Shown here one piece after another: positions 17,393 to 28,400 of a stretch of 64,000 nt of DNA (position 1 is its first letter; each line of letters starts with the position of its first letter). This DNA is from Nakamurella sp. (GTDB lineage Bacteria > Actinomycetota > Actinomycetes > Mycobacteriales > Nakamurellaceae). Made by a program: the position numbers and the translations under genes. The DNA lies in the NCBI RefSeq assembly GCF_048594475.1, contig NZ_JBMDXT010000162.1:2093-66092 (forward strand), written 5' to 3'. The notes beneath the pieces are model-generated. The model worked only from the letters and a program-made list of their open reading frames with translations, had not been told where the DNA came from and did no database searches.

Positions 17393-18505
17393 TCAGACGG
17401 CGAGCCGGGCCAGGATCTCGGCGGTCGGACCGGACCGGGCGGACCGGTGGCCTGCGCCGGCCCACAGATGCACCCACTCCCGATCGCCGGCGGCCGCCGC
17501 CGCCCGGCGTAGCGGCCCGGTCAGGTGATGGACCGCCGGGTAGCCCAGCGGCGCCGACGCCTCGAAGCGGGTCACGAACTCGTTGACCAGCGCCCGCGCG
17601 GGCCGGCCGGTGAAGGCACGGGTGACCCGGGTCGGACCGGAGTGCTCGGCGATGGCCCGGCGGTGCCCCTCCGAGGTCCCGGCCTCGTCGGCCAGCAGCA
17701 GGGCCGTGCCGACGGCAACCGCGGTCGCCCCGGCCCGCCGGACCGCGGCGACGTCCGCCGCCGTGGCCAGCCCCCCGGCGGCGACCAGCGGCAGGCGGGT
17801 CGCCGCCCGCACCGCGCGGACGGTGTCGACCAGGGTGTGCGGGGGCGCAGCGGCCGGCACCGGGTCGAACACCGCCGAGTGGCCACCGGCGCCGGCGCCC
17901 TGGACGACGAGCAGGTCGACGCCCGCGTCCTGGGCCAGGCGGGCCTCCGCCGGCGTCGTCACGGTCTGCGCCACCGCACTGCCGGCGCGGTGCAGGTCGC
18001 GGACGGCGCCGGCCGGCGGCAGCCCGAAGGTGACGCCGACCAGGGGAACCGGCTCCGAGCACAGCAGCGCGATCTTGTCCGGCCAGCCGTCGTCGTCCTC
18101 GACCGGCCGGGCCGGCAGGGTCACGCCGAACCGGCCGGCGACCGGGGCGAGGTCGCGCGCGTACCCGGCGTAGGCCGCTGGGTCGACCCGCACCGGGTGT
18201 GGCGCAAAGAGATTCACCCCGAAGGCCGCCGTGCCGGCACGGACGGTCCGGATCTGCTCGGCCAACTGCGCCGGGGTGCGGTACCCGCCGGCCAGGAAGC
18301 CGAGGCCACCGGCCCCGGCGGCGGCCACGACCAGATCGGGAGTCGTCGGGCCACCGGCCATCGGGGCCGCGAGCACCGGCAGGTCCAGCGCCAGGTCTCC
18401 GATCCGGATCACCGGCCGATCCAACCACCCCGACGACCCGGCTCCGCGCCGCGCCCGGCCCGCCGGTGACGCGGCGTCCGCGCCTGAGCACCCTGGGCCA
18501 CTCAT
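17393..18505 (-). CDS. Nitronate monooxygenase (NMO/2-nitropropane dioxygenase-like, FMN-dependent)
   Basis: ORF 17393-18595. ATG 18505 chosen, but the start is uncertain. Motifs: PVLAAPMAGGPTTPDLVVAAAGAGGLGFLAGG and VVQGAGAGGH. Confidence 0.85.
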   Translation of the reverse strand: MSGPGCSGADAASPAGRARRGAGSSGWLDRPVIRIGDLALDLPVLAAPMAGGPTTPDLVVAAAGAGGLGFLAGGYRTPAQLAEQIRTVRAGTAAFGVNLFAPHPVRVDPAAYAGYARDLAPVAGRFGVTLPARPVEDDDGWPDKIALLCSEPVPLVGVTFGLPPAGAVRDLHRAGSAVAQTVTTPAEARLAQDAGVDLLVVQGAGAGGHSAVFDPVPAAAPPHTLVDTVRAVRAATRLPLVAAGGLATAADVAAVRRAGATAVAVGTALLLADEAGTSEGHRRAIAEHSGPTRVTRAFTGRPARALVNEFVTRFEASAPLGYPAVHHLTGPLRRAAAAAGDREWVHLWAGAGHRSARSGPTAEILARLAV

Positions 18506-18624
18506 CACCCTGTGTACTCGCAATCGCCCGATCGTGGCGCACGATCGGCCTAACCTGGGAGGTCGAGCCACCTTCGAGGCGTCCTGGGTACGCACGGTGA
18601 TCGAGACGGAGATCCGGGGGGAGC

Positions 18625-19560
18625 ATGCGGATGAGACGCGGTCCGGCCGCCGGTGCCCTCGTGGCGGTCCTGACGATGCTCACGACCGCGTGCGCATCGG
18701 TGACCGGCGGCACCGCGTCGCCCGTGGTGCCCGCCGCCGGCGCCGCCGCGATGGCCCCGGCGGCGGTCACCTCGCCGTCCACCGCGACCGTCGACCCGTC
18801 CGGGCCGGCGGAGACCCCGGTGGCGACCCCGGTGGCGACCCCGGTGGCGCAGCCCACCCCGGCCGGCTCCCCGGCCGTCCCCGAGCCCGCCACCGACCCC
18901 GGTCCTGCGCCCGACCCGGCGCCCGCGAACTGGGCCGACGCCACCGACGACGAGATCCGCGCCGCGGCCGGCGCGGCGACCGGCGCGACCGACCGCTTCT
19001 GGTCCGAGTCGTTCGCGGCCGGCGCCTCGTCCTGGGCGTCCGCCGGCCCGTGGTCACCCCCCGAGCTGTGGGGCGGCGACGGCTTCTACGACTCGGACAC
19101 CGGATCGGTCGCCGACTGCGGGGACGGCAAGAACTACGTCGGCAACGCGTTCTTCTGCGGCAACACGACCTCCGGCACCGGCTTCCTGGCCTGGGACCTG
19201 CAGTTCTTCCACCGGCACCTGGACCTGGGCCGGACGATGGTCGACATGGTCATCGCGCACGAGACCGGCCATGCCGTGCAGGCCCGGCTCGTGCACGACG
19301 GGGTGGCGGGCGCGCTGTTCGACGGCAGCCGCCGCTACGAGCTGCAGGCGGACTGCCTGGGCGGGGCCGCCCTGGGCCGCGCGGTCCGGGACGGCTACCT
19401 GACCCTGCCGGCCGGTGCGCCGGACGAGATGCGGCGCGTCGCCTCCGCGTTCGGCGGCGATCCGGCCGGCCACGGCACGCCCGAGCAGCGCGACGCGTCG
19501 TTCCAGCGCGGGTTCGCGGCCGGCGACCCGGCCACCTGCCTGGCCGATCCCGGATCGTGA
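18625..19560 (+). CDS. Lipoprotein, putative neutral zinc metallopeptidase
   Basis: Signal peptide with lipobox LTTAC. Pro/Ala-rich linker. HExxH motif HETGHAVQ in a YpfJ-like context. RBS GGGGGGAG. Confidence 0.85.
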   Translation: MRMRRGPAAGALVAVLTMLTTACASVTGGTASPVVPAAGAAAMAPAAVTSPSTATVDPSGPAETPVATPVATPVAQPTPAGSPAVPEPATDPGPAPDPAPANWADATDDEIRAAAGAATGATDRFWSESFAAGASSWASAGPWSPPELWGGDGFYDSDTGSVADCGDGKNYVGNAFFCGNTTSGTGFLAWDLQFFHRHLDLGRTMVDMVIAHETGHAVQARLVHDGVAGALFDGSRRYELQADCLGGAALGRAVRDGYLTLPAGAPDEMRRVASAFGGDPAGHGTPEQRDASFQRGFAAGDPATCLADPGS

Positions 19561-19612
19561 GCGGGCCGCACCGCACCGCAGGGGCCGCGGACGCCGGCGG
19601 CATACTGCCGGG

Positions 19613-19900
19613 ATGAACGACCTCGCCCCCAGCCGCACCCGGGTCGGCTTCGCGCTCGCCGCCGTGGCCGCCACGATGATCGCGGTCGTCTTCCTGGTGC
19701 TGGGCGACGGTGCCGACTCGACCGCCGACGGGTGGCGGGGGCCGGTGCTCGAGTACGGCCACGCCGCGGTCTGGCTGCTGCTGGCCGCCGGCCTGGCCGT
19801 CGCGGCCGTGCGGCAGCGGTGGAGCCGGGCGTCGTCGGTGCTGTGCGGGGTCGCCGGCCTGGGCTACGTGGCCTTCCTGACCACGCTGTTCACCTCCTGA
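19613..19900 (+). CDS. Small membrane protein (95 aa, 3 hydrophobic helices)
   Basis: ATG 19613 within ORF 19415-19900. Helices: VGFALAAVAATMIAVVFLVL, AAVWLLLAAGLAVAAV, VLCGVAGLGYVAFLTTLF. Confidence 0.5.
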   Translation: MNDLAPSRTRVGFALAAVAATMIAVVFLVLGDGADSTADGWRGPVLEYGHAAVWLLLAAGLAVAAVRQRWSRASSVLCGVAGLGYVAFLTTLFTS

Positions 19901-19948
19901 GGACCGCACCCCGAGCGCCGATCGGGGCTGTCGGACCCCGCCGGCAGG

Positions 19949-20860
19949 ATGCCCGGCATGACGACATTCACGATCCGCCCGTCCACCATCTACTCCCTGC
20001 GGGAGTCCGCCGAGTTCGGCTTCGGTGGCCGCCCGGCGGACACCTTCGACGGGGTGATGCGGCTGGCGTTCTGCCTCGACGGCGACGGCGAGCAGGTCGG
20101 GGTCGAGCTGCGCCAGGACGCGGCGGGCACCGTGCACGGCACGGTCGACGGGGTCGGCGCGGACCGGGCGGACAGGGTGCGGGCCCAGGTCGCCCGGGTG
20201 CTCTCGCTCGATCAGGACGGCAGCGGATTCACCGACGTCGGCCTCCGCGACCCTGTGATCGGACGGCTCCAGGAGGCGGCGCCGGGCCTGCTGCCACCGC
20301 TGTTCTACTCCCCGTACGAGGCGGCCGTCTGGTCCGTGCTGTCCGCGCGGCGGCCGGCCCACCAGATGGCCCGGGTGCGCACCGAGCTGTCCGAACGGCA
20401 CGGCCGGGTCTTCGACCTGGCCGGTCGCCGGGTGGCGGCCCTGCCCACGCCCGAGCAGCTGCTCCGGGTGGCCGAGTTCCCCGGCCTGACCACCGAGAAG
20501 ATCGAACGGATGCACTCGATCGCCCGGGCGGCGCTACGCGGGACGCTGGACGCCGACCGGCTGCGCCACATCGGGCCCGAGGCCTGCGACGACGACATGC
20601 GGCGGCTCAAGGGGATCGGCCCGTTCTACGCCTCGCTCATCACCATCCGGGCGGTGGGCTTCACCGACGTCCTCCCGGCCGACGAGCCCATGCTGCTGGA
20701 GCTGATCGGCCTGCATTACCGCGTCGACGGCCCGGTCACCCGCGCGCAGTTCGAGTCCATCGCGGAACCCTGGCGGCCCTACCGCACGTGGACGTCCGTG
20801 CTGATCCGTGCGGCCTCGTCGCGGATCGGGGTGGTCGGCGCCCGACGGCGGGCCGGGTGA
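19949..20860 (+). CDS. AlkA-like DNA-3-methyladenine glycosylase (HhH-GPD superfamily)
   Basis: ORF 19949-20860. Helix-hairpin-helix LKGIGPFYASLITIRAVG, followed by an Asp-containing loop. AlkA-type N-terminal domain. Confidence 0.8.
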   Translation: MPGMTTFTIRPSTIYSLRESAEFGFGGRPADTFDGVMRLAFCLDGDGEQVGVELRQDAAGTVHGTVDGVGADRADRVRAQVARVLSLDQDGSGFTDVGLRDPVIGRLQEAAPGLLPPLFYSPYEAAVWSVLSARRPAHQMARVRTELSERHGRVFDLAGRRVAALPTPEQLLRVAEFPGLTTEKIERMHSIARAALRGTLDADRLRHIGPEACDDDMRRLKGIGPFYASLITIRAVGFTDVLPADEPMLLELIGLHYRVDGPVTRAQFESIAEPWRPYRTWTSVLIRAASSRIGVVGARRRAG

Positions 20861-20916
20861 CGTCCGCCGGTGCGTCGGCCCCGGCCGGCGCGGCCCGACC
20901 GGATAGTCTCGCACGC

Positions 20917-22953
20917 ATGTTCGAGTCGGGGTGGGACGCCGGGCTGGACGACGCCCAGCTGGCGGCGGTGGTGCACGGCGACGGCCCGCTGGTCATCCTG
21001 GCCGGCGCCGGGACCGGCAAGACCCGCACGCTCACCGCGCGGGTGGCCGCCCTGCTCGACCGGGGCGTCCCGGCCGAGCGGGTCCTGCTGCTGACGTTCA
21101 CCCGGCGGGCCGCCGACGAGATGGTGGCCCGGGCCGCGGCCCTGTGCACCCGCCCGGACGCCGGGCAACGGCTGCAGGGCGGCACCTTCCACGCGGTCGC
21201 GCACGCCGTCGTCGGCCGGCACACCGACGCGCTCGGCCTGCCGCCGGTGGTCAGCGTCCTCGACCGGGCCGACGCGACGGACGTGATGGACCTGCTGCGG
21301 CACGACCACGGCCTGGACGGCACCGACCGGCGGTTCCCCCGGGCCGGCACCCTGGTCGACATCTACTCCCGCGCGGTCAACACCGGGGTTCCGGCCCGGG
21401 CCCTGATCGCGACCGAGTTCGGCTGGGTGCGGCCGCACACCGATGCCGTGATGGAGCTGTTCCGGGCGTACGTCGGCCGCAAACGCGAGCGCGGGCTGCT
21501 CGACTTCGACGACCTGCTGCTGGCCTGGCGGACCCTGCTGGCCGATCCGGTCGTCGGCCCGCAGATCGCCGGCCGGTGGGACCACGTCCTGGTCGACGAG
21601 TATCAGGACGTCAACGCGACGCAGGTCGACATCGTGCGCGCGCTGCGACCGGACGGCTCCGGCCTGACCGTGGTCGGCGACGACGCCCAGGCCATCTACG
21701 GTTTCCGCGGCTCCGACCACGCCCACCTGCGCTCGCTCGTCCAGGACCTGCCGGACGTCACCGTGGTGCGGCTCGAACGCAACTTCCGCTCCCACCAGCC
21801 GCTGCTGGACCTGGCCAACGTCGTGCGGCCCGACCCGGCCGGCTCGGCCCACCGGATCCGGCTGCACTCGGACCGCACCGCCGGCCGGCCGGCCCGGCTG
21901 GTCCGCTGCCACGACGCGCCGGCCGAGGCCCGCACGATCGTGGACACCGTGCTCGCCGACCATCAGTCCGGGCGCCGGTTGCGCGACCAGGCGGTGCTGA
22001 TGCGGGCGGCCGCCCACAGCGACCTGCTGGAGGTCGAGCTGACCGCCCGTGGGGTGCCGTTCGTCAAGTACGGCGGCCTGAAATTCCTGGAGTCCGCGCA
22101 CGTCAAGGACTTCGTGGCGACCGTGCGGCTGCTGGACAACCCGCTCGACGAGGTCGCCTGGTACCGCCTGCTGCGGCTGCACGACGGCATCGGCCCGGCC
22201 CGGGCCCGCGCCCTGCTGGCGGTGCTCGCCGACCCCGACCGTCCGGTGGACGAGGACCGCCAGGCCGAGGCGGTGGCCGCCGCGCCGGCGATCGGCCGGG
22301 TCGCCCTGGCCGGCTCGCTGAGCCGGCTGGCGCAGGCCCGCGCCGCCGGCCGGATCGGCGACCGCGCCGCCGGGTGCCTGGAGGTGCTTCGCCCGCTGGT
22401 CACCGCGCGGTACCGCGACTGGTCGGCCCGGCTGGGCGACCTGGAACGGCTGGTCGGGGCGGCCGACCAGTCCCCCGACCTGGCCGCGTTCGTCGCCGAG
22501 CTGACCCTGGATCCGCCCGCCTCGACCAGTGATCTGGCCGGCCCGCCGAGCCAGGACGACGACTACCTGGTGCTGTCCACGGTGCACTCGGCCAAAGGGC
22601 TGGAGTGGCCGGTGGTGCACGTCCTGCACCTGGTCGACGGGTCGTTCCCGTCCGACATGGCGCTGGCCAAGGCGGACGGGATCGAGGAGGAGGCCCGCCT
22701 GTTCTACGTCGCGGTGACCCGGGCGGCCGACGAGCTGCACCTGTACGCGCCCCTGCGCATGCCGCACCACCGGCACGCCCGCGACGACCGGCACTCGCTG
22801 GCGCCGATCAGCCGCTTCCTCGACGCGGACGCGCTGGCCACCGTCGAGGTGGTCGATCTGACCCCGCCGCGGCCGGCCGCCGGCGCCGGTCCGGCCGGGC
22901 GGAACGCCGCCACCAGGGTGGCGCTGCCGGACCTGGCCGACCTGTGGGCCTGA
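20917..22953 (+). CDS. UvrD/Rep-type SF1 DNA helicase
   Basis: ATG 20917 within ORF 19732-22953. Walker A AGAGTGKT. Motif [12 protein letters not shown]. Also [14 protein letters not shown] and [12 protein letters not shown]. Confidence 0.9.
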   Translation: MFESGWDAGLDDAQLAAVVHGDGPLVILAGAGTGKTRTLTARVAALLDRGVPAERVLLLTFTRRAADEMVARAAALCTRPDAGQRLQGGTFHAVAHAVVGRHTDALGLPPVVSVLDRADATDVMDLLRHDHGLDGTDRRFPRAGTLVDIYSRAVNTGVPARALIATEFGWVRPHTDAVMELFRAYVGRKRERGLLDFDDLLLAWRTLLADPVVGPQIAGRWDHVLVDEYQDVNATQVDIVRALRPDGSGLTVVGDDAQAIYGFRGSDHAHLRSLVQDLPDVTVVRLERNFRSHQPLLDLANVVRPDPAGSAHRIRLHSDRTAGRPARLVRCHDAPAEARTIVDTVLADHQSGRRLRDQAVLMRAAAHSDLLEVELTARGVPFVKYGGLKFLESAHVKDFVATVRLLDNPLDEVAWYRLLRLHDGIGPARARALLAVLADPDRPVDEDRQAEAVAAAPAIGRVALAGSLSRLAQARAAGRIGDRAAGCLEVLRPLVTARYRDWSARLGDLERLVGAADQSPDLAAFVAELTLDPPASTSDLAGPPSQDDDYLVLSTVHSAKGLEWPVVHVLHLVDGSFPSDMALAKADGIEEEARLFYVAVTRAADELHLYAPLRMPHHRHARDDRHSLAPISRFLDADALATVEVVDLTPPRPAAGAGPAGRNAATRVALPDLADLWA

Positions 22954-22993
22954 CCGGTCCGGCCGGCGGCGCCGGGATCAGGCCCCTCCTGGA

Positions 22994-23428
22994 TCAGGTG
23001 CCGCGGCGCCGCACGTAGGCCTCGACGGTGGTCTGCAGGACGGGAACCCCGTCCGGACCGGCGAGCCGTCCGCGGGTCAGGATCATCGACCGGTCCGGCC
23101 GGGTCGTGGTGATCCGGTCGATCCACAGCGTTCCGGCCACCGTCAGGCCCGGGGTCAGCGGCGCGGGCAGCTCGGCGGCGACCCGCCGGCCGGCGATCAC
23201 GGCCCAATGCCGGTAGGCGCCGAGCACCGCCAACCGCTGGTAGATCGCGATCGTGTGCACACCGCTGGCGATGACCTCGCCGAAGAAGCCCTCCGCGGCG
23301 GCGGCCTCGTCGATGTGGAAGACCTGCGGATCCCACTGCCGGGCGAACTCGAGGATCTCGTCCAGACCGACCCGGTAGGTCCCCAGGTCGAACTCGTCAC
23401 CCTCGGTCAGATCCTCGGCGTACAGCAT
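22994..23428 (-). CDS. MaoC-like (hot-dog fold) dehydratase
   Basis: ATG 23428 within ORF 22994-23551. [29 protein letters not shown] is typical of the MaoC dehydratase motif. Confidence 0.8.
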   Translation of the reverse strand: MLYAEDLTEGDEFDLGTYRVGLDEILEFARQWDPQVFHIDEAAAAEGFFGEVIASGVHTIAIYQRLAVLGAYRHWAVIAGRRVAAELPAPLTPGLTVAGTLWIDRITTTRPDRSMILTRGRLAGPDGVPVLQTTVEAYVRRRGT

Positions 23429-23611
23429 CGACCCACCCGTCTCCGGCCGGCCCGGGATGGCCGGACGGGCCGACGATACCGAGTCCCGGTTCCCCCGCCG
23501 GCGACCGCTCGCCCCCCGGCCGGTTCGCCCGGGCGTCCCCGAATGGCGCAACGGCGCGCGGGTAGCCTCACAGTCCTTCCAGCAGAGCGTTCAACGGCGA
23601 AGGCGGCACGC

Positions 23612-24970
23612 ATGGCCATCCGGCAGCACAAGTACCTGCTCGACGAATCAGAAATGCCCACCAGCTGGTACAACATCGTCCCCGACCTGCCCGCACCGCC
23701 CCCGCTGCCGCTGCACCCGGGCACGCACGAGCCGGTCGGCCCGGCCGACCTGGCCCCGCTGTTCCCGACGGACCTGATCCTGCAGGAGGTCTCGGCCGAG
23801 CGGTACATCCCGATCCCGGACGAGGTGCAGGACGTCTACCGGCTCTGGCGGCCGTCGCCGCTGTTCCGGGCGCACCGGCTGGAGCAGGCGCTGGGCACCC
23901 CCGCCCGCATCTACTACAAGTACGAGGGCGTCTCGCCGGCCGGCTCGCACAAGCCGAACACCGCCGTGCCGCAGGTGTACTACAACGCCAAGGCCGGCGT
24001 GAAGAAGCTGACCACCGAGACCGGGGCGGGCCAGTGGGGCACCGCGCTGGCGTTCGCCTGCTCGCTGTTCGACGTCGAGTGCGAGGTCTGGCAGGTCGGC
24101 GCGTCCTACGACGCCAAGCCGTACCGGCGGACCGTCATCGAGACGTTCGGCGGCACCGTGCACCGTTCGCCCTCGCCGCTGACGAGCGCCGGCCGGGCCT
24201 TCCCGGAGGGGCATCCGGGATCGCTGGGCATCGCCATTTCCGAGGCCGTGGAGGTCGCTGCGGGGGCGTCCGATACGAAGTACGCGCTCGGGTCCGTGCT
24301 CAACCACGTGCTGCTGCACCAGACGGTGATCGGCGAGGAGGCGCTGCTGCAGCTGGCCAAGGCCGGCGAGAGCGGGGCCGACCTGGTCATCGGCTGCACC
24401 GGCGGCGGCTCCAACTTCGGCGGGCTGGCCTTCCCGTTCATCCGGGAGAAGCTGGCCGGGCGGCAGAACCCGGTGATCCGCGCGGTCGAGCCGGCGTCCT
24501 GCCCGTCGCTCACCCGGGGCGAGTACCGCTACGACTTCGGCGACACCGCCGGGCTCACCCCGCTGATGAAGATGCACACCCTGGGCCACGATTTCGTCCC
24601 GGATCCGATCCATGCCGGCGGCCTGCGGTACCACGGGATGGCGCCGCTGATCTCGCACATCTATGAGCTCGGGCTGATGGAGGCGATCTCCATCGAGCAG
24701 ACGGAGTGCTTCGCCGCGGCGATCCGCTTCGCCCGGACCGAGGGCATCGTGCCGGCCCCCGAGCCGACCCACGCCCTGGCCGCCACCATCCGGGAGGCGC
24801 TGGCCTGCAAGGAGTCCGGGGAGGAGAAGGTCATCGTCACCGCCCTGTGCGGGCACGGCCTGCTCGACCTGGCCGCCTACGACGCCTACCTGACCGACCG
24901 GATGGTCGACTCCGGGCTCTCGGACGGCGATCTGGCGGCCGCGCTGGCGTCCGTCCCCGTGCTGACGTGA
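23612..24970 (+). CDS. trpB2: TrpB2-type tryptophan synthase beta-like PLP enzyme
   Basis: ATG 23612 within ORF 23207-24970. Motifs: [31 protein letters not shown] (PLP Lys), [11 protein letters not shown]. Confidence 0.9.
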   Translation: MAIRQHKYLLDESEMPTSWYNIVPDLPAPPPLPLHPGTHEPVGPADLAPLFPTDLILQEVSAERYIPIPDEVQDVYRLWRPSPLFRAHRLEQALGTPARIYYKYEGVSPAGSHKPNTAVPQVYYNAKAGVKKLTTETGAGQWGTALAFACSLFDVECEVWQVGASYDAKPYRRTVIETFGGTVHRSPSPLTSAGRAFPEGHPGSLGIAISEAVEVAAGASDTKYALGSVLNHVLLHQTVIGEEALLQLAKAGESGADLVIGCTGGGSNFGGLAFPFIREKLAGRQNPVIRAVEPASCPSLTRGEYRYDFGDTAGLTPLMKMHTLGHDFVPDPIHAGGLRYHGMAPLISHIYELGLMEAISIEQTECFAAAIRFARTEGIVPAPEPTHALAATIREALACKESGEEKVIVTALCGHGLLDLAAYDAYLTDRMVDSGLSDGDLAAALASVPVLT

Positions 24971-25458
24971 GTGGACCGGTGGCCGTCCCGGACGCCGCCG
25001 CGGAGGGGCGCGCCGTCGCCGCCGCGCTGGGCCTGGAGCCGCTGCCTTTGGAGGGCGGGCTGTTCCGCCGATCCTTCACCGGCAGCGGGGCCACCGCCAT
25101 CCTCTTCATGCTCATCGGCGCGGACTTCTCGGCGCTGCACCGGCTGCACAGCGACGAGGTGTACTTCCACCACGGCGGGGCGCCGCTGCGCATGCTGCTG
25201 ATCGAGCCGGACGGGACCCATCACGAGGTGCTGGCCGGCGCCGACGTCGTCGCCGGTCAGCACCCGCAGGTGCACGTCCCGGCGGGCTGGTGGCAGGGCT
25301 CGTCCACCGTGGGCGCGTGGAGCCTGGTGTCGACCGTGGTCTCCCCCGGCTTCGACTGGCACGACTTCGCGCTGGGCGACCGGGCCGAGCTGACCGCGCT
25401 CGCCCCGGCCGCGGCCGCCCCCATCGCCGAGCTCACCCGGGACGAACCGCCCGGGTGA
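24967..25458 (+). CDS. Cupin-fold protein (DUF985-like)
   Basis: GTG 24967 overlaps the trpB2 stop (GTGA). Motifs: [42 protein letters not shown]. Confidence 0.7.
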   Translation: MSGPVAVPDAAAEGRAVAAALGLEPLPLEGGLFRRSFTGSGATAILFMLIGADFSALHRLHSDEVYFHHGGAPLRMLLIEPDGTHHEVLAGADVVAGQHPQVHVPAGWWQGSSTVGAWSLVSTVVSPGFDWHDFALGDRAELTALAPAAAAPIAELTRDEPPG

Positions 25459-25503
25459 GCCCCGCCGGCCGGCCAGCCCGATGCCCGGGCCGGCGCCGTG
25501 GGA

Positions 25504-25947
25504 TCAGCGCTTGATCAGGGCGTCGACCGCGTAGCGGCCGCCGCCGGTCAGGGCCAGGGTCACCCCGACGCCGGCCAGCAGCAGGACGAACTCGTAGCCG
25601 CCGCCGGTGGCCAGGAAACCGTTGGCGCCGTGCACGAACACGATGGCGCCAATCATGGCCGCGGCGAAAAGGGCACCGACGACACGGGTACCGAGCCCGG
25701 CGATCAGCAGCAGACCGCCGGCGAGTTCGATCGTCGCCACCGCGGCCGCGCCGAACCCGGCCGCCGGGATGCCCATGGCAGCGAAGAACGCGCTGACGCC
25801 GTCGATCCCGTCGACGAAGAACTTCTGCCAGCCGTGCACGATCATGATCACGCCGGTGACGACGCGCAGCACCAGCAGGCCGGCCGCGGTGCCGGCGGCG
25901 CCGCGGGCCGAGGTCACGACGGGGGCGGACGTGGTCGAGGTGGCCAT
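25504..25947 (-). CDS. DoxX-family membrane protein
   Basis: ATG 25947 preceded by AAGGAG-N7. LRVVTGVIMIVHGWQKF and four TM helices, typical of DoxX. Confidence 0.85.
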   Translation of the reverse strand: MATSTTSAPVVTSARGAAGTAAGLLVLRVVTGVIMIVHGWQKFFVDGIDGVSAFFAAMGIPAAGFGAAAVATIELAGGLLLIAGLGTRVVGALFAAAMIGAIVFVHGANGFLATGGGYEFVLLLAGVGVTLALTGGGRYAVDALIKR

Positions 25948-26143
25948 TCGAGAGCTCCTTGAAGGTCGGACGCGACCGCCGTTGGTCGACGCAGTGAATA
26001 CTTGAACGTTCATCGATTCTGCGCGACGCGCCCACCTGACCGCAACCGTCCGACCGCATTCAGTGACTCTTGTCGCACCCAGCGTCACCCATCCCCGCCC
26101 CTCCCCCACCTCCTCGCTCCGCCCACCCCGGCTCACCCCGCCC

Positions 26144-26226
26144 GCGCGGATCAACAAGCCCTGCGCGGATCAACAAGCCCCGTGTGTGCCCCGTGGGACT
26201 GGAGTCGACGACTTCGTCCGTGCGGG
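26144..26226 (-). repeat. Dispersed intergenic repeat: 61-bp core plus a duplicated 19-bp terminus
   Basis: GCGCGGATCAACAAGCCC occurs twice in tandem (26144 and 26163). The core gtgggactggagtcgacgacttcgtccg follows. It aligns with the reverse complement of the copy at 62444-62504. Confidence 0.8.
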
Positions 26227-26301
26227 GGCCTATCCTGAACCTAGCGTTCTCTTGACGTTCGTCACGCAGGCGCGATACGGTCAGGATCAGGAGGCGAGCA
26301 C

Positions 26302-27171
26302 ATGACGACGGCGCAGCAGAACATCCGCCCGCTCGAGGACGGCATCGAACGCGACCTGGCGGGCCTGAACTACGGCAGCTACCTGCACCTGGACGAGCTG
26401 CTGCACGCCCAGCAGCCGGTGTCCGACCATCACGACGAGATGCTGTTCATCGTCGTGCACCACGTCACCGAACTGTGGATCAAGCTGGTCATCCACGAGA
26501 TCCGGTCCGCGATCGTCCTGCTGCGGCAGGACGAGCTCGGCCCCGCGCTCAAGCGGCTGGCCCGGGTCAAGCACGTGCAGCGGCAGATGATCGAGCAGTG
26601 GGCCGTGCTGGCCACGCTCACCCCGTCCGAGTACGCCCAGTTCCGCGGCGTCCTGGGCAAGTCCTCCGGCTTCCAGTCGGCGCAGTACCGCACGCTGGAG
26701 TTCCTGCTGGGCAACAAGAACCCGGCCATGGTCGCGGTGTTCCGGCACGATCCGGAGACGGCCGCGCAGCTCGACCGCGACCTGCACGCGCCCAGCCTCT
26801 ACGACGAGTTCCTGGCCTACCTGGCCCGCCGGGGCTACCCGATCCCGGCCCGCCTGCTGGAGCGGGACGTGACCGCGCCGCACACCCGCGACGACGAGCT
26901 GGTGCGGATCTTCACCGCCGTCTACGCCGACCCCGAGCCGCAGTGGGACGTCTACGAGACCTGCGAGGAGCTCGTCGACATCGAGGACACCTTCCAGACC
27001 TGGCGGTTCCGGCACCTCAAGACCGTCGAGCGCATCATCGGCTACAAGCGCGGCACCGGCGGCTCGTCCGGGGTCGCCTTCCTGAACCGGGCCCTGTCCC
27101 TCACCTTCTTCCCCGAGCTGTTCGCCGTTCGTACCGAGATCGGCACCGACGACGTCAAGGACCTGCCGTGA
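26302..27171 (+). CDS. kynA: Tryptophan 2,3-dioxygenase
   Basis: ORF 26302-27171, RBS GGAGG. Motifs: [46 protein letters not shown]. Confidence 0.95.
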   Translation: MTTAQQNIRPLEDGIERDLAGLNYGSYLHLDELLHAQQPVSDHHDEMLFIVVHHVTELWIKLVIHEIRSAIVLLRQDELGPALKRLARVKHVQRQMIEQWAVLATLTPSEYAQFRGVLGKSSGFQSAQYRTLEFLLGNKNPAMVAVFRHDPETAAQLDRDLHAPSLYDEFLAYLARRGYPIPARLLERDVTAPHTRDDELVRIFTAVYADPEPQWDVYETCEELVDIEDTFQTWRFRHLKTVERIIGYKRGTGGSSGVAFLNRALSLTFFPELFAVRTEIGTDDVKDLP

Positions 27172-28391
27172 CCCAGATCGCCGCCTCCACCCGCGCCGCC
27201 GCCCAGGCCCTGGACGCCGCCGACCCGCTGGCCGCCTTCCGCGACCGGTACCTGCCGATGACCGACGACGTGGTCGCCTATCTCGACGGCAACTCCCTCG
27301 GCCGGCCGCTGGCGGCGATCGCCCACAGCTGGCAATCGTTCACCGAGCAGCAGTGGGCCGGCCGGCTGATCCGCGGCTGGTCCGAGGGCTGGATGGACCT
27401 GCCGGAGAAGGTCGGCGACGAGCTCGCCGCGGCCGCCCTCGGCGCGGCCCCGGGCACGACGGTCATCGCCGACTCGACTACGGTCAACTTCTACAAGGCG
27501 ATGCGGGCCGCGCTGAACCTGCGCCCCGGCCGCCGGAAGGTCGTCCTGGACCGGCACAACTTCCCGACGAACCGCTACGTCGCCGAATCGCTGGCCCGGG
27601 ATCTGGACCTCGACCTGGTCTGGCTCGACCCGCCGATCGAGGGCGGCGTCACCGCCGACGACGTCGCCGCGGTGGTCGACGACCAGACCGCGGTGGTCAC
27701 GTTGAGCCAGATCGCTTACCAATCGGCCTATCTCGCCGACGTCCCGGCGATCACCCGGATCGCTCACCAGGCCGGCGCGCTGGTCGTCTGGGACCTGTGC
27801 CACTCCGTCGGATCGACCGAGATCGAGCTCGACGCCTGGGATGTCGACTTCGCGGTGGGCTGCACCTACAAGTTCGTCGGGGCCGGTCCGGGCGCCCCGG
27901 CGCTGCTGTACGCCAACCGCACCCATCACCACGAGCTCGACCAGCCGATCTGGGGCTGGCTGGGCCGGCGCGACTCGTTCGAGATGGAGCAGGGGTACGA
28001 GCCGGCGGTCGGCATCCGGGCGATGCTGTCCGGCACGCCCCCGCTGCTCGGCCTGCTGGCCGTCCGCGAGGGTGCGGCGGTCATCGCCGAGGCCGGCATC
28101 GGCGCGATCCGGGCCAAGGCCGTCGCGCTGACCGAGTTCACCCTGGCCTACGCCCACGAACACCTTGTCCCGCTAGGCTTCTCGATCGCCAGCCCGGCCG
28201 ACCCGGAGCGTCGGGGCGGGCACGTCACCATCGCCCGGGCCGACGCCCGGGAGCTGTCGGCCCGGCTGATCGACGCCGGCGTGCTCATCGACTTCCGCGC
28301 GCCGCAGGGCATCCGGATCGGCCTGTCGCCGCTGCCCACCTCGTTCACCGAGGTGTGGGACGCGCTCGACGTCATCCGCCGGCTGGCCTGA
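27168..28391 (+). CDS. kynU: Kynureninase
   Basis: GTG 27168 overlaps the kynA stop (GTGA). Motifs: [30 protein letters not shown] (PLP Lys context). Confidence 0.9.
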   Translation: MTQIAASTRAAAQALDAADPLAAFRDRYLPMTDDVVAYLDGNSLGRPLAAIAHSWQSFTEQQWAGRLIRGWSEGWMDLPEKVGDELAAAALGAAPGTTVIADSTTVNFYKAMRAALNLRPGRRKVVLDRHNFPTNRYVAESLARDLDLDLVWLDPPIEGGVTADDVAAVVDDQTAVVTLSQIAYQSAYLADVPAITRIAHQAGALVVWDLCHSVGSTEIELDAWDVDFAVGCTYKFVGAGPGAPALLYANRTHHHELDQPIWGWLGRRDSFEMEQGYEPAVGIRAMLSGTPPLLGLLAVREGAAVIAEAGIGAIRAKAVALTEFTLAYAHEHLVPLGFSIASPADPERRGGHVTIARADARELSARLIDAGVLIDFRAPQGIRIGLSPLPTSFTEVWDALDVIRRLA

Positions 28392-28400
28392 GCCGCCGGC

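Noticed and set aside
17307-18944. Upstream part of the 643-aa ORF 17013-18944
   Set aside because: It reads through the NMO gene in a different frame and antisense to the lipoprotein gene. Only the last 97 codons have a start with an RBS.
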